A stretch of DNA of 64,000 nt. Origin: Trichoplax adhaerens. Lineage: Eukaryota > Animalia > Placozoa. Position 1 is the first letter of the stretch. Every line of letters starts with the position of its first letter. Under the pieces are notes generated by a model, which was not told the origin of the DNA, did no database searches, and worked only from the letters and a program-made list of their open reading frames with translations. The DNA lies in assembly GCF_000150275.1 (NCBI RefSeq), contig NW_002060945.1, positions 7,569,684 to 7,633,683 of the forward strand. The letters run 5' to 3'. Below, piece by piece: positions 1 to 14,974 of this stretch. Both the position numbers and the translations under genes were made by a program.

Positions 1-1512
1 TATCGCGATTGGCATTTTATCTAATGGATTCTTCTACGTTTACCAATCCGTTAATTTAAATATTTCAGTATGAACATCCATAGAGTTAAAAATTAGGATA
101 TGAATTTATCCTTAATATTATTATAGATAGACATCGTACATGAATGCCTTAACCTCTGTACAGCTCGCTATCATCAGCATAATCGAGTGGGTTAGATTAT
201 TGATTACTATTATATCCGCTATTGATTTAGTGGTAAGGAATATTCTATACCTGTCGACCAAATAATTTAAATGTTTGAATCTTAACATCTACAGAGTCTA
301 GGATAAAATTAAATTAAAATCATCTCTTAATGCTACCAAAGGCAAAAGTCCAAATGAACATGTTGAGAGTAGCAGCTTATTATTAACATTACTGAGCAAC
401 TCTGATTATTGACTACTGTTGATTTTAATAAATGTTATGGATTAATCTACCCATATCATCCATAGATCAATATCAAAATGGCACTTAATTTTAACAAATT
501 ATACAGACGAAGGACATTCTAGTAAATTAACCATTATCGCATTGTTAGGCCAAATTTTCGATCTTATCATGACGTTTAATTTTATACGTCAAGACGATTT
601 GCATGGTTATCTGACGTGGTCAACTTTTTCTCACTGACTTAATTGAGCTAGGTCATCAACCTATTCATTTATTAATCCATTTTAAAGTCTAGACATTCAA
701 TTTATGTCAATCCCGAAATTACGAGTATGATCATCGCTTCATGTCAACATTTGGATGCATGTATTGTAGGGCAATAGACAGTTGAATTCACAATTTTTTT
801 CCTGTTTCCTTCATAGGGCTATAAGATAAAAAACTAGTCTATTAACTGTCGTTTTTATTAACTGTAAATTTAGACTTTGGACTTAATGTAAACTCAATCA
901 GTGTGTCAGTAAAATATTTTCATGCTATTTTAATATTCTCCCTTGATAGTCATGAAGCACCCCTTCAAAAGTCTTAATCGTTATCCTCATTATTCTATTA
1001 GAAAATCGTAGTATTCCATAATTAATTTCTTGATTGATATAGTAAAATGCAGGTAAAATGATGAGCAACTCCTATCAATAATAATAACGGGCAATATTTC
1101 AAAATTGAGCGTAAGAATTTTCTATATTTTATAGCTGTATAGTAAGTAAGAATAATATGCCGTTAATTTCATTTGAGGGATTGCCTAAATACGCTACATT
1201 ATATACAATACATTAAATGGAATTAGCAAAATAATCATAAACTATACTTGCAATCAATTTTAAGACTAGCCATAGTACCTTATCTCGGGATCAAATTAAT
1301 TTTGACTGTATTATGGAAGTAAACTCATGTCAAATTAATTACAGCCTGCTCTTTCCAAAATTATTTTTACTAGGTTTTCACCGCATTGAACAATTTTAAT
1401 TAATTCGCTATCAGTAATCCTTAATCTATTCATTTAGATATCCATCTATCAACTAATACTATAAAGTCTATCTAGCAACAATTTTCGCCCACTACATTCA
1501 AAAATTACAAAT

Positions 1513-4500
1513 ATGCCAATCGAAAACAAAGTTATCGAAAATCTTGCAAGTTCATTGATTAGAGAATATCTCAGTAGAAAGGTACAACAGGAATTAATGT
1601 GTGATCTACTTCATAAGAATAATTTCTGAACTAATAATGGTATAACATCATACTCTTTTATTTATAGAATACAATGTAAAAATAATTGTTATACCGTCCT
1701 TATTATTCTTCTTATTATAGCAAATTTTATCACTAACTTGTATAGTAAAAGTACGACAATGTTTTTCGTTGCACTGATTTGTTAGCGCATACGATAATAA
1801 TCTATTGTACGTAGGGACTAAAAGAAACTCTTAAAACTATGGATGCTGAGCTTCCCAGGCAGGAACTCAGGTAGATTAAAACTATCGCTTACGAATTAAA
1901 TTATTCTTATATATATCATTAGTAACAATAACAGTAGTATCTTGGTCAGTAAACAAGGTTAAAAATCGAATCAATAATTTTGTTAAAATCATATATCATA
2001 AATTTCTTTTTTTAATTGTGAATAATTGATGCCCTAATTCCATTCCAGTATAAATAATCGGATTACCCTTGCAAGAGAAATGCATCTTGAGGGACTACTG
2101 AAGAAAAACAAGGTTTATTTTTGTTATATGGGCGAATTCTTGAAAGATTTATCTAATAATATAATCGATGTATTGGTAAAACGTCTAGCAATACCTATTG
2201 TTAATAATTATTACTTAATTTTATGCTTATAAGTGCCAGGAGCAGCCATTATCTACCATGATTGAAGTTATTGTTAAGCATATCAAAGAAACCAGTAGAC
2301 CTAGGACTAGGAGCTCTGGAAGAAGCCTTAGCTTCTCGGAAGACAAAGTAATATTTATTTGCGTCCTATTAATCTTGATAAATTCAATCTAATTACAGAA
2401 CAAAGAATGCTATAAAATTATTGACGATCTTACTCTAACATTTCGTATTGAACTTTTAGACGCTTGAGAAACAATTCAGTAACTCTCGTGCTGTCTCTAT
2501 TGATCAATTAATCTATCGAGAACATAACAAGAGTCAAATTAATGATAGTAAAAATGTTATAGAGACCATCACAGCTGAAAATTTAGAATGAAGTTTTTAC
2601 TAAAGTAACAAAACCTGTAATTGACGATAGCACTAGCAATAATGGAAATGTCGACAATGATATAGAAACTATCGAATTAGAAGGTATGAATTATTAAATT
2701 TGTAAAGAAGTGTGGGATCAGTTTGAGACTTTTGCATTCTAAACAGCTTAATTAACTGTGCTACTAGATCAACTAGAGCATAGTTCTCCAACACTATCAC
2801 CGAGAATACAACAGCAGCACGATTCAACTCGACAAACTCCGATTACCTTGAATATTGCAACAGCATTGAAAGAAATCATTTTTGGTAAAGGTACAGGCTT
2901 ATTTAATTACGAATGGAGAATTCAAAGCTTTCTATTTAGCGATGTCGAGGGTATTCAATATGGTATAGTGCAGAAAAAGGTATACGCGTATCTTAAATTT
3001 TAGATTTTAATTTATTATGAGTATTGATGGTGCATAAAATAATCACGACTTTAAACAAATATTAGCTCTAAAAAATTAAAGAGTATGGATTTTTAATATC
3101 ATATGACGATAATGGCTATATTATAGGGTGGCCCATGTGGAATCTTAGCTGCTTTGCAAGCATTTTTCTTGAAGCATCTCCTTTTCACAAATCCTGAAAA
3201 TCAAAATATAGCTAAAAGGTTATAAAATTAATAAGGTGTAAATAACCATAAAATAAATAATACTATCATCTACTTTTCTAGTGCATCGCATAATTTGTCA
3301 GAGCCTGTTTTACTTATTGCTTCAAGCTATATCTATCTCTTAGATCTACAGAAAAAGTCTTGGAACAAGACTGTTACAGTTACTATTAGAAATAATATAC
3401 AGTGTTTAATATTTCTCTTGATGTGTCTCGAATTTTTATTCAATCGTCTTCATAACTCTGAATTGAAATATTCGTACTATTTTCTGTAATTATTGTTCAA
3501 GCATGAATATAGCTTATGGCAGTTACTAATTCAGCATTTGATAATTTCTTTTATAGTCAAATCGCTAACGTAACTGAAAGTATGCAACAAGAGAGTCTTG
3601 TACTTGCTATAGCTGAAACCCTTTGGAAAGCTGGCAACTGCCGACGATCCGTTGTAGCGCTGTAAGTTACTGAAATATACTGTACAAAATCGATAAATTC
3701 GTTAGAAAAATCATACTATTGCATATGGTTATAGCTAACTTTTCATTAATTTCATTGTCAAGTATTATTGTACTTGTCTAGCAACAAATTCTTAATTTGA
3801 TTAAATGGGATACTATAGACAGATAAAATTATTAAAGTAGATGTTACTATAGAACTTTTACAGTTGTTATGTAAATGTCTTGCATCTCAATCAAATTTGT
3901 GATATTTTTGCCTCAGCGCTTGCATCTGATAAATAAGAATCGCATTTGCTTGAGGGCATTTTAAATTTTTATATTTAACAACTACACGTTGCTATAGCTA
4001 AATACTTGGAATATTACAGGTTACAAAGCTCAGTCCATTTTAAAGGCAATTCCCAGTTTCGCCTTGATCAGTTAACTGAAAAGGTAGTTATGTGAATATG
4101 TTATTTAGATTTGTTATACATACTGCTTAGATATCAAAAAATTTTTACACGACTTCCGTTTTATTTAAAATTGTTATTTCAGTTAACACTGCATACTGTC
4201 ATATCGCTGGAGTCCTTACGCAAATTAATCCAAGAAAATCTTTCCCAGGTTTTTAACTAGTGATGCAATTAATTTCCATCCTATATCGCTAATTCTTACT
4301 TAATATATAATGTTAACTAATAGAGAAAGTGTGTTGTTTGAAGTCAATCTCAATCTTAATCTTTCTACCACCATTGTTTTTCATACTGTAGTTTCAAAAT
4401 CCAAAAGGAAATGGATGCATACTGTATTTATATTCCTTGATATTAAGCAGAACAGTTGAAGGGTAGGCTTAAACCCTTACATCGTTGAAATCCTTTCTTA

Positions 4501-5954
4501 TTAACCAATAAATGACTTTCCAATTATCACAAAGAAAAAATCGATTCCATATGCTTATTTATTCTTCCTAGAGTTAAGGAAGATATGGATGACCCAAACT
4601 GCAAATTAATGGGCGCCTACAACTATTGCTCGCAGGTATATAAGAATTTACTAGCCCTATTTTACATTACGGTGAAAACTATAATATCATATGATTTAGT
4701 CATTTTCAAATATAATGGAAGTTATTTATATCTTGACATAGTTATGAAATACCAAAACTATTATTTATTGAAAAATTACACACTGTATAGCTTCTGCTCT
4801 TCGCTTATTGATCTATCTTATACCATTACCCAATGTTGGGTCATCTTTACTTTAATGATCAAAATAATATACTGATTCATGCTCTTGTTAGGAAATTGTC
4901 AACCTAATCGTTACTGGTAAAGCAACTTCAAATACCTTTGATGGCATTATTGAATTAACGGGGAATGAAGGAGATAAGGTTATTCTTAGAAAGCGAGCTA
5001 AAATATGTATACGAAGCAGTAACAGTATACTCTATTTTATATGTCCTAAATTTTTGATTTTGCATTGGTGAAGTGTCAACTAACTGGACTAAAATCACAA
5101 AGTCAGATTGGATTACTATCATTATTAGAACATTACGAATCGTGCAAGGTATAATTATGTTAAATATATTCTACTGTATATTTGCATCGTATAATGACGG
5201 TCATTAATAAATATTTTAATTCATAGGTCGGAAATTATTTTAAATCGCCTGAGTATCCAATATGGGTAGTTTATAGTGAAAGTCATTATAGTGTTGTTTT
5301 CTCATTAAACAGAAAAATACTCGATCTCAGGTAGAGTTTAATAATCAAGTTCTACTTTAAGAACTAATAGTTTTCCGATGGATTAGTTTAATTGATTCAC
5401 TATCTTAGTGCAGTGAATTGTAACACTATTCCATTGGATAATATGCAGTGATGTACCGAAAACTTTTGACCTTTATTACTACGATGGTCTGGGAAATCAA
5501 GATGAAGAAATAAGGCTGACTGTGGGTAAGTAATAGTACCACTAGTTAGGAATAACATTCTAATTTTTGGTGATTAATCTTGCTATTGAATTCTAACCTC
5601 AAGATCCATATCAGCAAGTTACGGTCAATGAAAAGGACCTCATCCCACCGTTAGATTTATGTATTAGGACGAGGTATATAGAGCAAATTTTTTTATAGAT
5701 CTATCACTTACTATTTTTTAGCGTCTTATCTTGTCTTAGCCTTTATACTCTTAACGCTTAATCAATTATGAAATAAATCTTTGACGTATTAGGATGTAGT
5801 TTACGGTTTTATTGAAGTCAATACTTTACACAAAATTTTAATATCTGCAAAATATGCTAAGAAAAAAATTTAATATTGTAACATTCTCTACTAATATCAT
5901 TTCAGATGGCCAGGAGCTGCAGTAAATTGGAACGATACAGAGCCCCTGTTATAA
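1513..5954 (+). CDS. MINDY4: MINDY-family deubiquitinase MINDY4/FAM188B, multi-exon
   Basis: Manual splicing gives MPIENKVIENLASSLIREYLSRK|GLKETLKTMDAELPRQELS|INNRITLAREMHLEGLLKKNK, matching the MINDY4 N-terminus. Catalytic motifs YGIVQKK|GGPCGILAALQA (Cys ~3136) and PIWVVYSESHYSVVFS (His ~5284); FDLYYYDGL; last exon WPGAAVNWNDTEPLL* with TAA at 5952-5954. Confidence 0.92.
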
Positions 5955-7635
5955 ATAGCATCGCAGGCATGATCCCTTTCTACTTTTTAATCATATCATA
6001 ATTATCGATAGGTGCTCTTCTATGAATTAATGTGGATATTTACCTTCAGTTATCAGATGTTATCACTAAAACCACTTTTATACATACCTATCAAATAATC
6101 TTAAATCTTGTAACCTTGTATAATTAATTCTTGAATGAATACCACCGAATGCATCGATCAACTATCATCTAAGATACTATAGAGCTAAAGTAACCATTTA
6201 AGAATTGCAGCTAGTTCAAATTTATTGAATGAACAATCGCTTTAAGATATACTATTATCCTGAAATTTTATTGAATGTCCTTGAATCTCTACAATGTTTA
6301 TTATGCCTTCTATTTTCTTACCAAGTCATAGGGCCTAATATACTTTTATTGCTATATGTGTTATCACCCTAGAATTGCAGTACTATGTACAGTTTAACTC
6401 TCTACAGTAAAGTGAGATCTATTCTATACACATTAATTAATATTATCTGGCAAAATTATACGATTTCAATACCAGCTTACTCAAGAAAATGGCATGAACA
6501 TTTTCAAGATTTTTCGTTTACCTCGCATAGTAAAGATGCGGCATCCTCGAATCTAATGTATAATTTATGTATTGCAATGATTAGTATTAATCTTATGTCA
6601 TTGTAATCTTAATTGTAGAGTAATTGTATTATTTATAAAACAATTCTCCAATAAACTACCGATATCCCATTAAGTCTGCTTTCGTAGATTAAGAAATGGA
6701 TTTCGTTTCATGGATGATGCCTAGAAAGAATCGCCTTATCTATCATATTTATTATTCGAACTCAGTTAATTATAGCAAATAATTTATCACGAACGCTACA
6801 GTACAATAGAATAGATTAATTAATTGATTATCATTAGAATTAGAATACCCTAACCAAATCATTATACCTGATTAATTAACTAAATCTTCCTCTTCATTAT
6901 TGTAAGTTGTTAGTTATAGTAAAAGGCAAACTTCACTCAGATGAACAAGGTTTTGATTATGACATAGCTCAGCTTTATAAGCTGTTCGTTTGCCATATAA
7001 TTAATGCAATCGAGTTTGGTTATGCTTGTACTGATACTAGCATAAAAAAATCGATTTTTACTAATAATAGGTATGGTTATAAATAAAAAGAGATCGAATT
7101 AATTTAGAGTGCATTTGTCTGCAATGTAGTGTTTTACTATATATCACAGTACTACAGGATAATGATTAGTATTATCCTATTCTGAAGATTAGTCCAATGT
7201 GGCTCGAGATCAATCTTGATACTGGGCAATTACCATAGGCGATTGATTTTAGTGCCGCCTTGCAGCATAAGTAGGTATCCGGTCGAACTGCAAGGCTGCA
7301 AGGATAGCTAACCAACCACAAGGTCAGCTTAACAGACAGTAGAAGTACTTAAATCATCTCAGAACTAAGTGCGCGTATACTGTTCAGTACATTGTTTATT
7401 GATCGATAAGTATAAGATTATGAATAATTAATGAATAAATTATAGGTATAATATTGTAGTATTATTGTTATTAAAATCACTATCTACGACAGAGATAAAG
7501 CTGAGTGAAAAACTTCCAAATAGTCGGTCGTATTTTAACGGACTTGTATCGCTGCTTAACGGCTTGGGAACCACTTTAGGCTATCGAGATTTGGTAACTT
7601 CTTCAATCTACTTGTGTTCCAGTAGCGCTGTAACG

Positions 7636-9568
7636 ATGGAACCTGCTGCTGCAATTTTTATTGCTGGTAATGTTGTATTTGTGATAGTGTACTTATATTA
7701 CATGCTCAACAGAAAGTCAAAAATAGCTAACATCGACGAGAAATATGTGCTTATAACTGGTTGTGATAGTGGATTTGGGCGAGCAATAGCTGAAAGATTA
7801 GATCAAGTGGGTGTCAATGTATTCGCTGCATGCTTAACAGACTCCGCTGTTAACGAATTAAAGGCTCATTCTAAGAAGATAATTCCATTCGTACTCGATG
7901 TTACAAATAGCGAACAAATTAAAAATTCAGTGGCTCTAGTAAAAAAGAAGTTACCAGATGGAAAAGGATTATGGGGCCTTGTTAATAATGCTGGAATCGC
8001 AGATTCAGGATTTATCGAATGGTTACCGATGGAAACATTTCGTAAAGTCGCTGATGTAAATTTATTTGGCTTAATCGAGGTTACATGCCAGTTTCTACCG
8101 TTAATCAAGAAAGAGAAAGGTCGAGTAGTAAACATGGCAAGCTTGGCTGGTATCCAAGCACCACCAGTTGCAGCGCCATATAGTATCTCGAAATTTGGAT
8201 TAGTAGCATTTACTAATACATTAAGATTTGAGATGTTAGCATTTGGTGTTAGGGTCTGTTGTATTTGTCCAACATTCTTTCGGACAAACATTCTCGATAC
8301 TGAAAAGTTAGTAACTGGAATGAATACCCTATTCGAAGCTGTAAATGACGAAGTAAAAGAAAGTTATAAAGATGTTCCAGAGAAAGGTAAGTGTACGAAT
8401 ATCGATAACGGTTATATATTATTCATGCTGATGCTAAACTACTATGATGATGTATATATATAAATCACACGTATAATGTGATGGTAGATACTATAGATTA
8501 TTGCTATCAACGTAATAGATGAGTAATACTGTACTATACGATTAAATGCAAGGAAATACGCTCGATAGAAGGTACAATAATAAAAGCTCGTGTCGATAAA
8601 AATCTCAGTCGATAGTGATGGTAATTGGATTACAATTAATTGGCAGTTTATTACTGAGAAAGATAAACTGAAGAAGTAATTAAAGAAAACATCTGTGTAT
8701 ACTATAAACTATAATAGATATAAGCAACGTCAATCATATTACAGAGATTTAACTCTATCTATAGTAATATACTAACATTAGCAACTATTTAAATCAGTCG
8801 GTGTAGTTAACATTGAGGACATCAACACCATAGTCTCCTGTAGTTAATGCTTGATAATGTAGTTTTTGATGTAATATCATAGTGTAGCGGATGTCGTATA
8901 CTACAGCGGTAATATCTTATCGAATGCTCTATATTATATCAATTTAGTATACTGTGCAGTCGAAGAATAAGTTACTTAACTTTACTTTACTTCATTGCCT
9001 CTATCTCAAGTGCAATGCAAAGACAATTTTCTGTAGTCATTAGATTATGTTCAATTCTACCTGTACGCATTATTTATAAGTTTATACATAGAATATTGTA
9101 GTGATTGGGTTTTACAACCTCTTAGGTTAGCAATCGTTCAACTCAAAATCTGAATTATTAAAATTGAGCAATCCTTGACTTGACTCAAGATTATAAGCAT
9201 GGTAGACCATTTTACTTCTCAATGCTACCGTACTTCAATTACTACTGTAATTAGCTGAAACTACTACAAATGTATATGTTCGGCGTATACTCTGTGCTAC
9301 GAATTACGTCTTTTAAATTAATTCAAATATCTTTTGCGTAATAGTTATCACAAATTTAAGAAATATCGCTGGTGAGGCTCCTGTTGATCTGAATCCAGTG
9401 GTAAATGTAGTTGAAGATGCATTAATTAGTACGAAGCCGAAGAATTACTACTTCGTAGGAAAACAGTCTATATTATTTCGAATTATCGCTAGTTGCCCAA
9501 CTGAGCTATCTGATTGGTTATTTGCTAAGGTGAATCCTATCTTTAAGCCGAGCATGATATCTAGTTAA
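7636..9568 (+). CDS. Membrane-anchored SDR, SDR9C (RDH16/HSD17B6-like), copy 1; exons 7636-8386 and 9345-9568
   Basis: N-terminal TM segment, TGCDSGFG, NNAG, catalytic YSISK. Phase-1 intron AAAG|gtaagt...atag|TT joins the C-terminal exon VEDALISTKPKNYYFVG...SMISS*. Confidence 0.92.
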
Positions 9569-11438
9569 TTGGATATTTGTGCTGGACAAGTTATATTATA
9601 TTGACTAGAAATAATCTTGTGCAAAGTGATTGTCCTAGTCTTGATGTAGATATTACGATAGAAACGTGTTACTTAAAAATGGCTACAGTATCTAGTTACT
9701 ACATCTTATAAATGTCGTATAAACGAATATAAATGTACTTAGATGTATTTACAATAAGTATTAATGAGCACATGAAATGTTATATTAAATTAAATTGTTT
9801 TGTAGCTTTTTGTTTTCTCATATGCTACATTCACATGGCTATAATCAAGTTTTATAAATCTTCATGTACGTGTGACTTTAGATATGCCTTATACGCTTGT
9901 TTAAGAAAAATTATAAACCGCTATATTTTATCAACTACTTGGGCTGTAATCAATTTTTATAATAAATTATATAATTAAAGAGTAATATACAGGTATTAAG
10001 CAAGATTATTTTTCCGAATCGTTGTAATATATTTACATAATCAGTAAAATTGCAACTGTATTAACTGCAATACTGCATTAAGGTCATGCCACTATGGTCA
10101 CTATTATCAAGTTGTCAACGCCTAAATTATTGTTTAAATCTTACGAATTTATTACCTGCATGTAATCATAGGCTAGCTAAAGAGTACTTCCAAAGGCTAA
10201 AATTATTGTTTACATCTTGTGAATTGATTACCTTTATTTACATCAACTTATGCCATACAAAATTATACTTTCAGTAGTATGAATTTGATCTTTACCTTCT
10301 ATATGACTATTGCTAGTAAAATGGAGATTTTTTTGCCATAAAGAAATGAAGGAAATTCACAGGATCGCTCCTACACAGAAAATTTTTAAGGTTCGGACAG
10401 TACTTCTGATCAGTCAAGTCACCTAGTGACATTTATGTAGGGTTACACTAGGTACAGTATTACCGTCAATATCTTGACTACGAATTATAACTTCGTAGCA
10501 GCTACTTTTACCGATGAAACTCACATTACGTAATTGCCCCTCTTTTATTACGTATGATGGATGATCTGAATATAGATTATATGTTTGTAACAATTCAACA
10601 TTCGATCGTAATCGAGGATTGGCCAACTTTCAGGCTGACTATGATACATATACGCATATACTACTATCATTAATAATAATACAAGCAATATTCGATCAAA
10701 AATGGATTGAAATCAATGCACCAAATATCTAATAGTCCATGGTATATAAATAGATGGGAATATTTGCTAGTTCATAGTACGACATATGTACTTTAAAATT
10801 TGAAAATAGAACTGAATATTTAACGAATTTTTGTTTACTAACTGATTAATAAGTTTAAAGATCGATAGAAAAATAACTTTTAAATTATTTAGCTTTATAT
10901 GCAAGATCAGATTATTTCATAAAGCTATTAGAGAGATTATTTGAAGTAAATTCGAATTGAAAGCAAATGAATCATTGTACAAAATTCAGGTAATATCGAA
11001 TTAATGCAGTAATCTTAAATGTACTATAACTGGCTAATGCTGTATATAGTAATACATCGTATTAAACATACAATCTAGTAAATCTAGCGTAGGATACCCG
11101 TATGATACCAAACCATAAGGTCAGCTTAACAGACAGTAGAAGTACTTAAATCATCTCAGATCTAAGTGCGCATCTACTGTACTGTCGATATACATTATTT
11201 ATTGATCGATAAGTATAAGATTATGAATAATTAACGAATAAATTACAGGTATAATATCGTAGTATTATTGTTATTAAAATCACTATCTACGACAGAGATA
11301 AAGCTGAGTGAAAAACTTCCAAATAGTCGGTCGTATTTTAACGGACTTGTATCGCTGCTTAACAGCTTGGGAACGACTTTAGGCTATCGAGATTTGGTAA
11401 CTTCTTCAATCTACTTATGTTCCAATTGAGCTGTAACG

Positions 11439-13235
11439 ATGGAACCTGCTGCTACAATTTTTATTGCTGGTAATGTTGTATTTGTTATAGTGTACTTATA
11501 TTACATGTTCAACAGAAAGTCTAAAATAGCCAACATCGACGAGAAATATGTGCTTATAACTGGTTGTGATAGTGGATTTGGACGAGCAATAGCTGAAAGA
11601 TTAGATCAAGTGGGTGTCAATGTATTCGCTGCATGCTTAACAGACTCAGCTGTTAACGAATTAAAGGTTCATTCTAAGAAGATGATTCCATTCGTACTCG
11701 ATGTTACAAATAGCGAACAAATTAAAAATACAGTGGCTCTAGTAAAAAAGAAGTTACCAGATGGAAAAGGATTATGGGGCCTTGTTAATAATGCTGGAAT
11801 CGCAGATTCAGGATTTATCGAATGGTTACCGATGGAGACATTTCGTAAAGTCGCTGATGTAAATTTATTTGGCTTAATCGAGGTTACATGCCAGTTTCTA
11901 CCGTTAATCAAGAAAGAGAAAGGTCGAGTAGTAAACATGGCAAGCTTGGCTGGTATCCAAGCACCACCAGTTACAGCGCCATATAGTATCTCGAAATTTG
12001 GATTAGTAGCATTTACTAATACATTAAGATTTGAGATGTTAGCATTTGGTGTTAGGGTCTGTTGTATTTGTCCAACATTCTTTCGGACAAACATTCTCGA
12101 TACTGAAAAGTTAGTAACTGGAATGAATACCCTATTCGAAGCTGTAAATGACGAAGTAAAAGAAAGTTATAAAGATGTTCCAGAGAAAGGTAAGTGTACG
12201 AATATCGATAACGGTTATATATTATTCACGCTGATACTAAACTACGATGATTATGTATATAAATCACACGTATAATGTGATGGTAGATACTATAGATTAT
12301 TGCTATCAACGTAATAGATGAGTAATACTGTACTATACGATTAAATGCAAGGAAATACGCTCGATAGAAGGTACAATAATAAAAGCTCGTGTCGATAAAA
12401 ATCTCAGTCGATAGTGATGGTAATTGGATTACAATTAATTGGCAGTTTATTACTGAGAAAGATAAACTGAAGAAGTAATTAAAGAAAACATCTGTGTATA
12501 GTATAAACTATAATAGATGTAAGCAACATCAATCATATTACAGAGATTTAACTCTATCCATAATAATATACTAACGCTAGCAACTATTTAAATCAGTCGG
12601 TGTAGTTAACATTAAGGACATCAACACCATAGTCTATTGTAGTTAAAGCTTGATAATGTAGTTTTTTGATGTAATATCATAGTGTAGCGGATATCGTATA
12701 CTACAACGGTAATATCTTATCGAATGCTGTATATTGTGGATAAACTGCTAAACGTTATTATTCTACCATAACCCTTTTACCTAGTATCAGTTTAGTATAG
12801 TGTGTAGTTAAAGAATAAGTTACTTAACTTTACTCTACTTCATTGCTTCTCTCTCAAATATAATGCAAAGGCAATTTTCTGTAGTCGTTAGATTATGTTC
12901 AATTGTACCTGTGAGCATTATAAGTTAAATTATAGAATGTATATGTTCGGAGTATGTCCTGTGCTGCCAATTACATTTTTTAAATTAATTCAAATATCTT
13001 TTGCATAATAGTTTTCACAAATTTTAGAAATATCGCTGGTGAGGCTCCTGTTGATCTGAATCCAGTGGTAAATGTAGTTGAAGATGCATTAATTAGTACG
13101 AATCCAAAGAATTACTACTTCGTAGGAAAACAGTCTATATTATTTCGAATTATCGCTAGTTGCCCAACTGAGCTATCTGATTGGTTATTTGCTAAGGTGA
13201 ATCCTATCTTTAAGCCGAGCATGATATCTAGTTAA
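11439..13235 (+). CDS. SDR9C-like dehydrogenase, copy 2; exons 11439-12189 and 13012-13235
   Basis: Near-identical to copy 1, with the same motifs and the same phase-1 intron. Confidence 0.92.
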
Positions 13236-14721
13236 TTGGATATTTGTGCTGAACAAGTTATATTATTGACTAGAAATAATCCTGTGCAAAGTGATTGTCT
13301 TAGTCTTGACCTAGATATTACAATAGAAACGTGTTACTTAAAAATGGCTACAGTATCTAATTACTACATCTTATAAATATCGTATAAATGAATATAAATG
13401 CCCTTAGATGTATTTACAATAAGTATTAATGAGCACATGCAATATCATATTGAATTAAATTGTTTTGTAACTTTTATTTTCTCATATGCTACATTCACAT
13501 GGCTATAATCAAGTTTTATAAATCTTCATGTACGTGTAACTTTAGATATACCTTATAGTCTTGTTTAAGAAAAAATTATTAACTGCTTTATTCTATCAAC
13601 TACTTGGGCTGTAATCAATTTTTATAATAAATCATATAATTAAAGGGTAATATACAGGCATTAACTACAGCACTAGATAAACCCAAAGTTGGCAATGCCT
13701 AAATTATTGTTTAAATCTTACGAATTTATTACCTGCATGTAATCATAGGCTAGCTAAAGAGTACTTCCAAAGGCTAAAATTATTGTTTACATCTTGTGAA
13801 TTGATTACCTTTATTTACATCAACTTATGCCATACAAAATTATACTTTCAGTAGTATGAATTTGATCTTTACCTTCTGTATGACTATTGCTAGTAAAATG
13901 GAGATTTTTTTGCCATAAAGAAATGAAGGAAATTCACAGGATCGCTCCTACACAGAAAGTTTTAGGGTTCGGACAGTACTTCTGATCAGTCAAGTCACCT
14001 AGTGACATTTATGTAGGGTTACACTAGGTACAGTATTACCGTCAATATCTTGACTACGAATTATAACTTCGGAGCAGCTACTTTTACCGATGAAACTCAC
14101 ATTACGTAATTGCCCCTCTTTTATTACGTATGATGGATGATCTGAATATAGATTATATGTTTGTAGCAATTCAACATTCGATCGTAATCGAGGATTGGCC
14201 AACTTTCAGGCTGACTATAATACATATACGCGTATACTACTATTATTATTAATATCTAGTAGTCTATGGGATATAAATACATGGGGAACGTTTAGTAGTC
14301 CATAGTGCAGATAGAACATATTTATTGACCCACTGATGTACAAGGACCACCTGTATGATTGTTCTTCTAACTACTGCAGTCGAACCACCTGTACTATAAT
14401 AATTGAGTCAATTTACTGTATTCTACAGTCTGTATATTACGTGTGGAGTTATATTAGCTAGTAGAATCCACGCTCGTTCTATTTTGTGTACTGTATGCAG
14501 TCTGTAAATAATTAATTAGTACTAATATCAGTCTCTGCTTTTTACTTTATAATTTAGTACTTGCATTTTAACCTATCGCTTTACCGGCAATGTCTTACTA
14601 TTCTGCTTACAGGTGCAATACAATACAGATATGTATTATCATATCCTCGTTTTATGCAATATATGTTGCTGAGTTAATACTGTACAATGAGTGTACATTA
14701 ATTGTAGTACACGCCAAGAAT

Positions 14722-14884
14722 AACCAGGAACTACTCCACTAAAAATTCTCCTCTCAAAGCCGTAACTAGAATATTTCCCCTGTACTTTTAGTACACGGGA
14801 CCGGCAACGAATCGACAGTATCAACAATGTATTTTTTAGTTACGGCTTTGAGGGGAGAATTTTTAGTTGAGTAGTCCCTAGTAT
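14722..14884. mobile_element. MITE-like element with ~45-bp terminal inverted repeats
   Basis: aggaactactccactaaaaattctcctctcaaagccgtaacta (~14726-14768) is a near-perfect reverse complement of tagttacggctttgaggggagaatttttagttgagtagtccct (~14837-14879); non-coding spacer. Confidence 0.7.
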
Positions 14885-14974
14885 AACGAGCGAGAGGTCT
14901 ACTAGTATTTAATGAATGCACGGTGGTAGACATGCTGAGAATGTAAACGGAATTGAGGAATAGGTTGGAGGTTG

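Larger units (their letters stand above)
7314..14250 (+). repeat. Tandem segmental duplication (~7314-10690 and ~11111-14250), each unit carrying one SDR gene
   Basis: Upstream region (aaggtcagcttaacagacagtagaagtac), intron and about 1 kb of 3' flank align between the units with only a few indels. Confidence 0.9.

Noticed and set aside
1-700. Possible minus-strand exons (e.g. 251-297, DSVDVKIQTFKLFGRQ) of a gene leaving the window
   Set aside because: Splice-like signals exist, but I could not build a consistent model or recognise a family.
7465-7635. 57-aa N-terminal extension of SDR copy 1
   Set aside because: Non-ATG start, and the equivalent frame in copy 2 has a stop just before the ATG.
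7866-12094. 141-aa minus-strand ORFs at 7866-8291 and 11669-12094
   Set aside because: Antisense shadows of the SDR exons; they recur only because the gene is duplicated.
10423-14202. Twin 67-aa minus-strand ORFs (10423-10626 and 13999-14202)
   Set aside because: Non-ATG start and no recognisable family; identity is explained by the recent duplication. Could be an exon relic, but unsupported.
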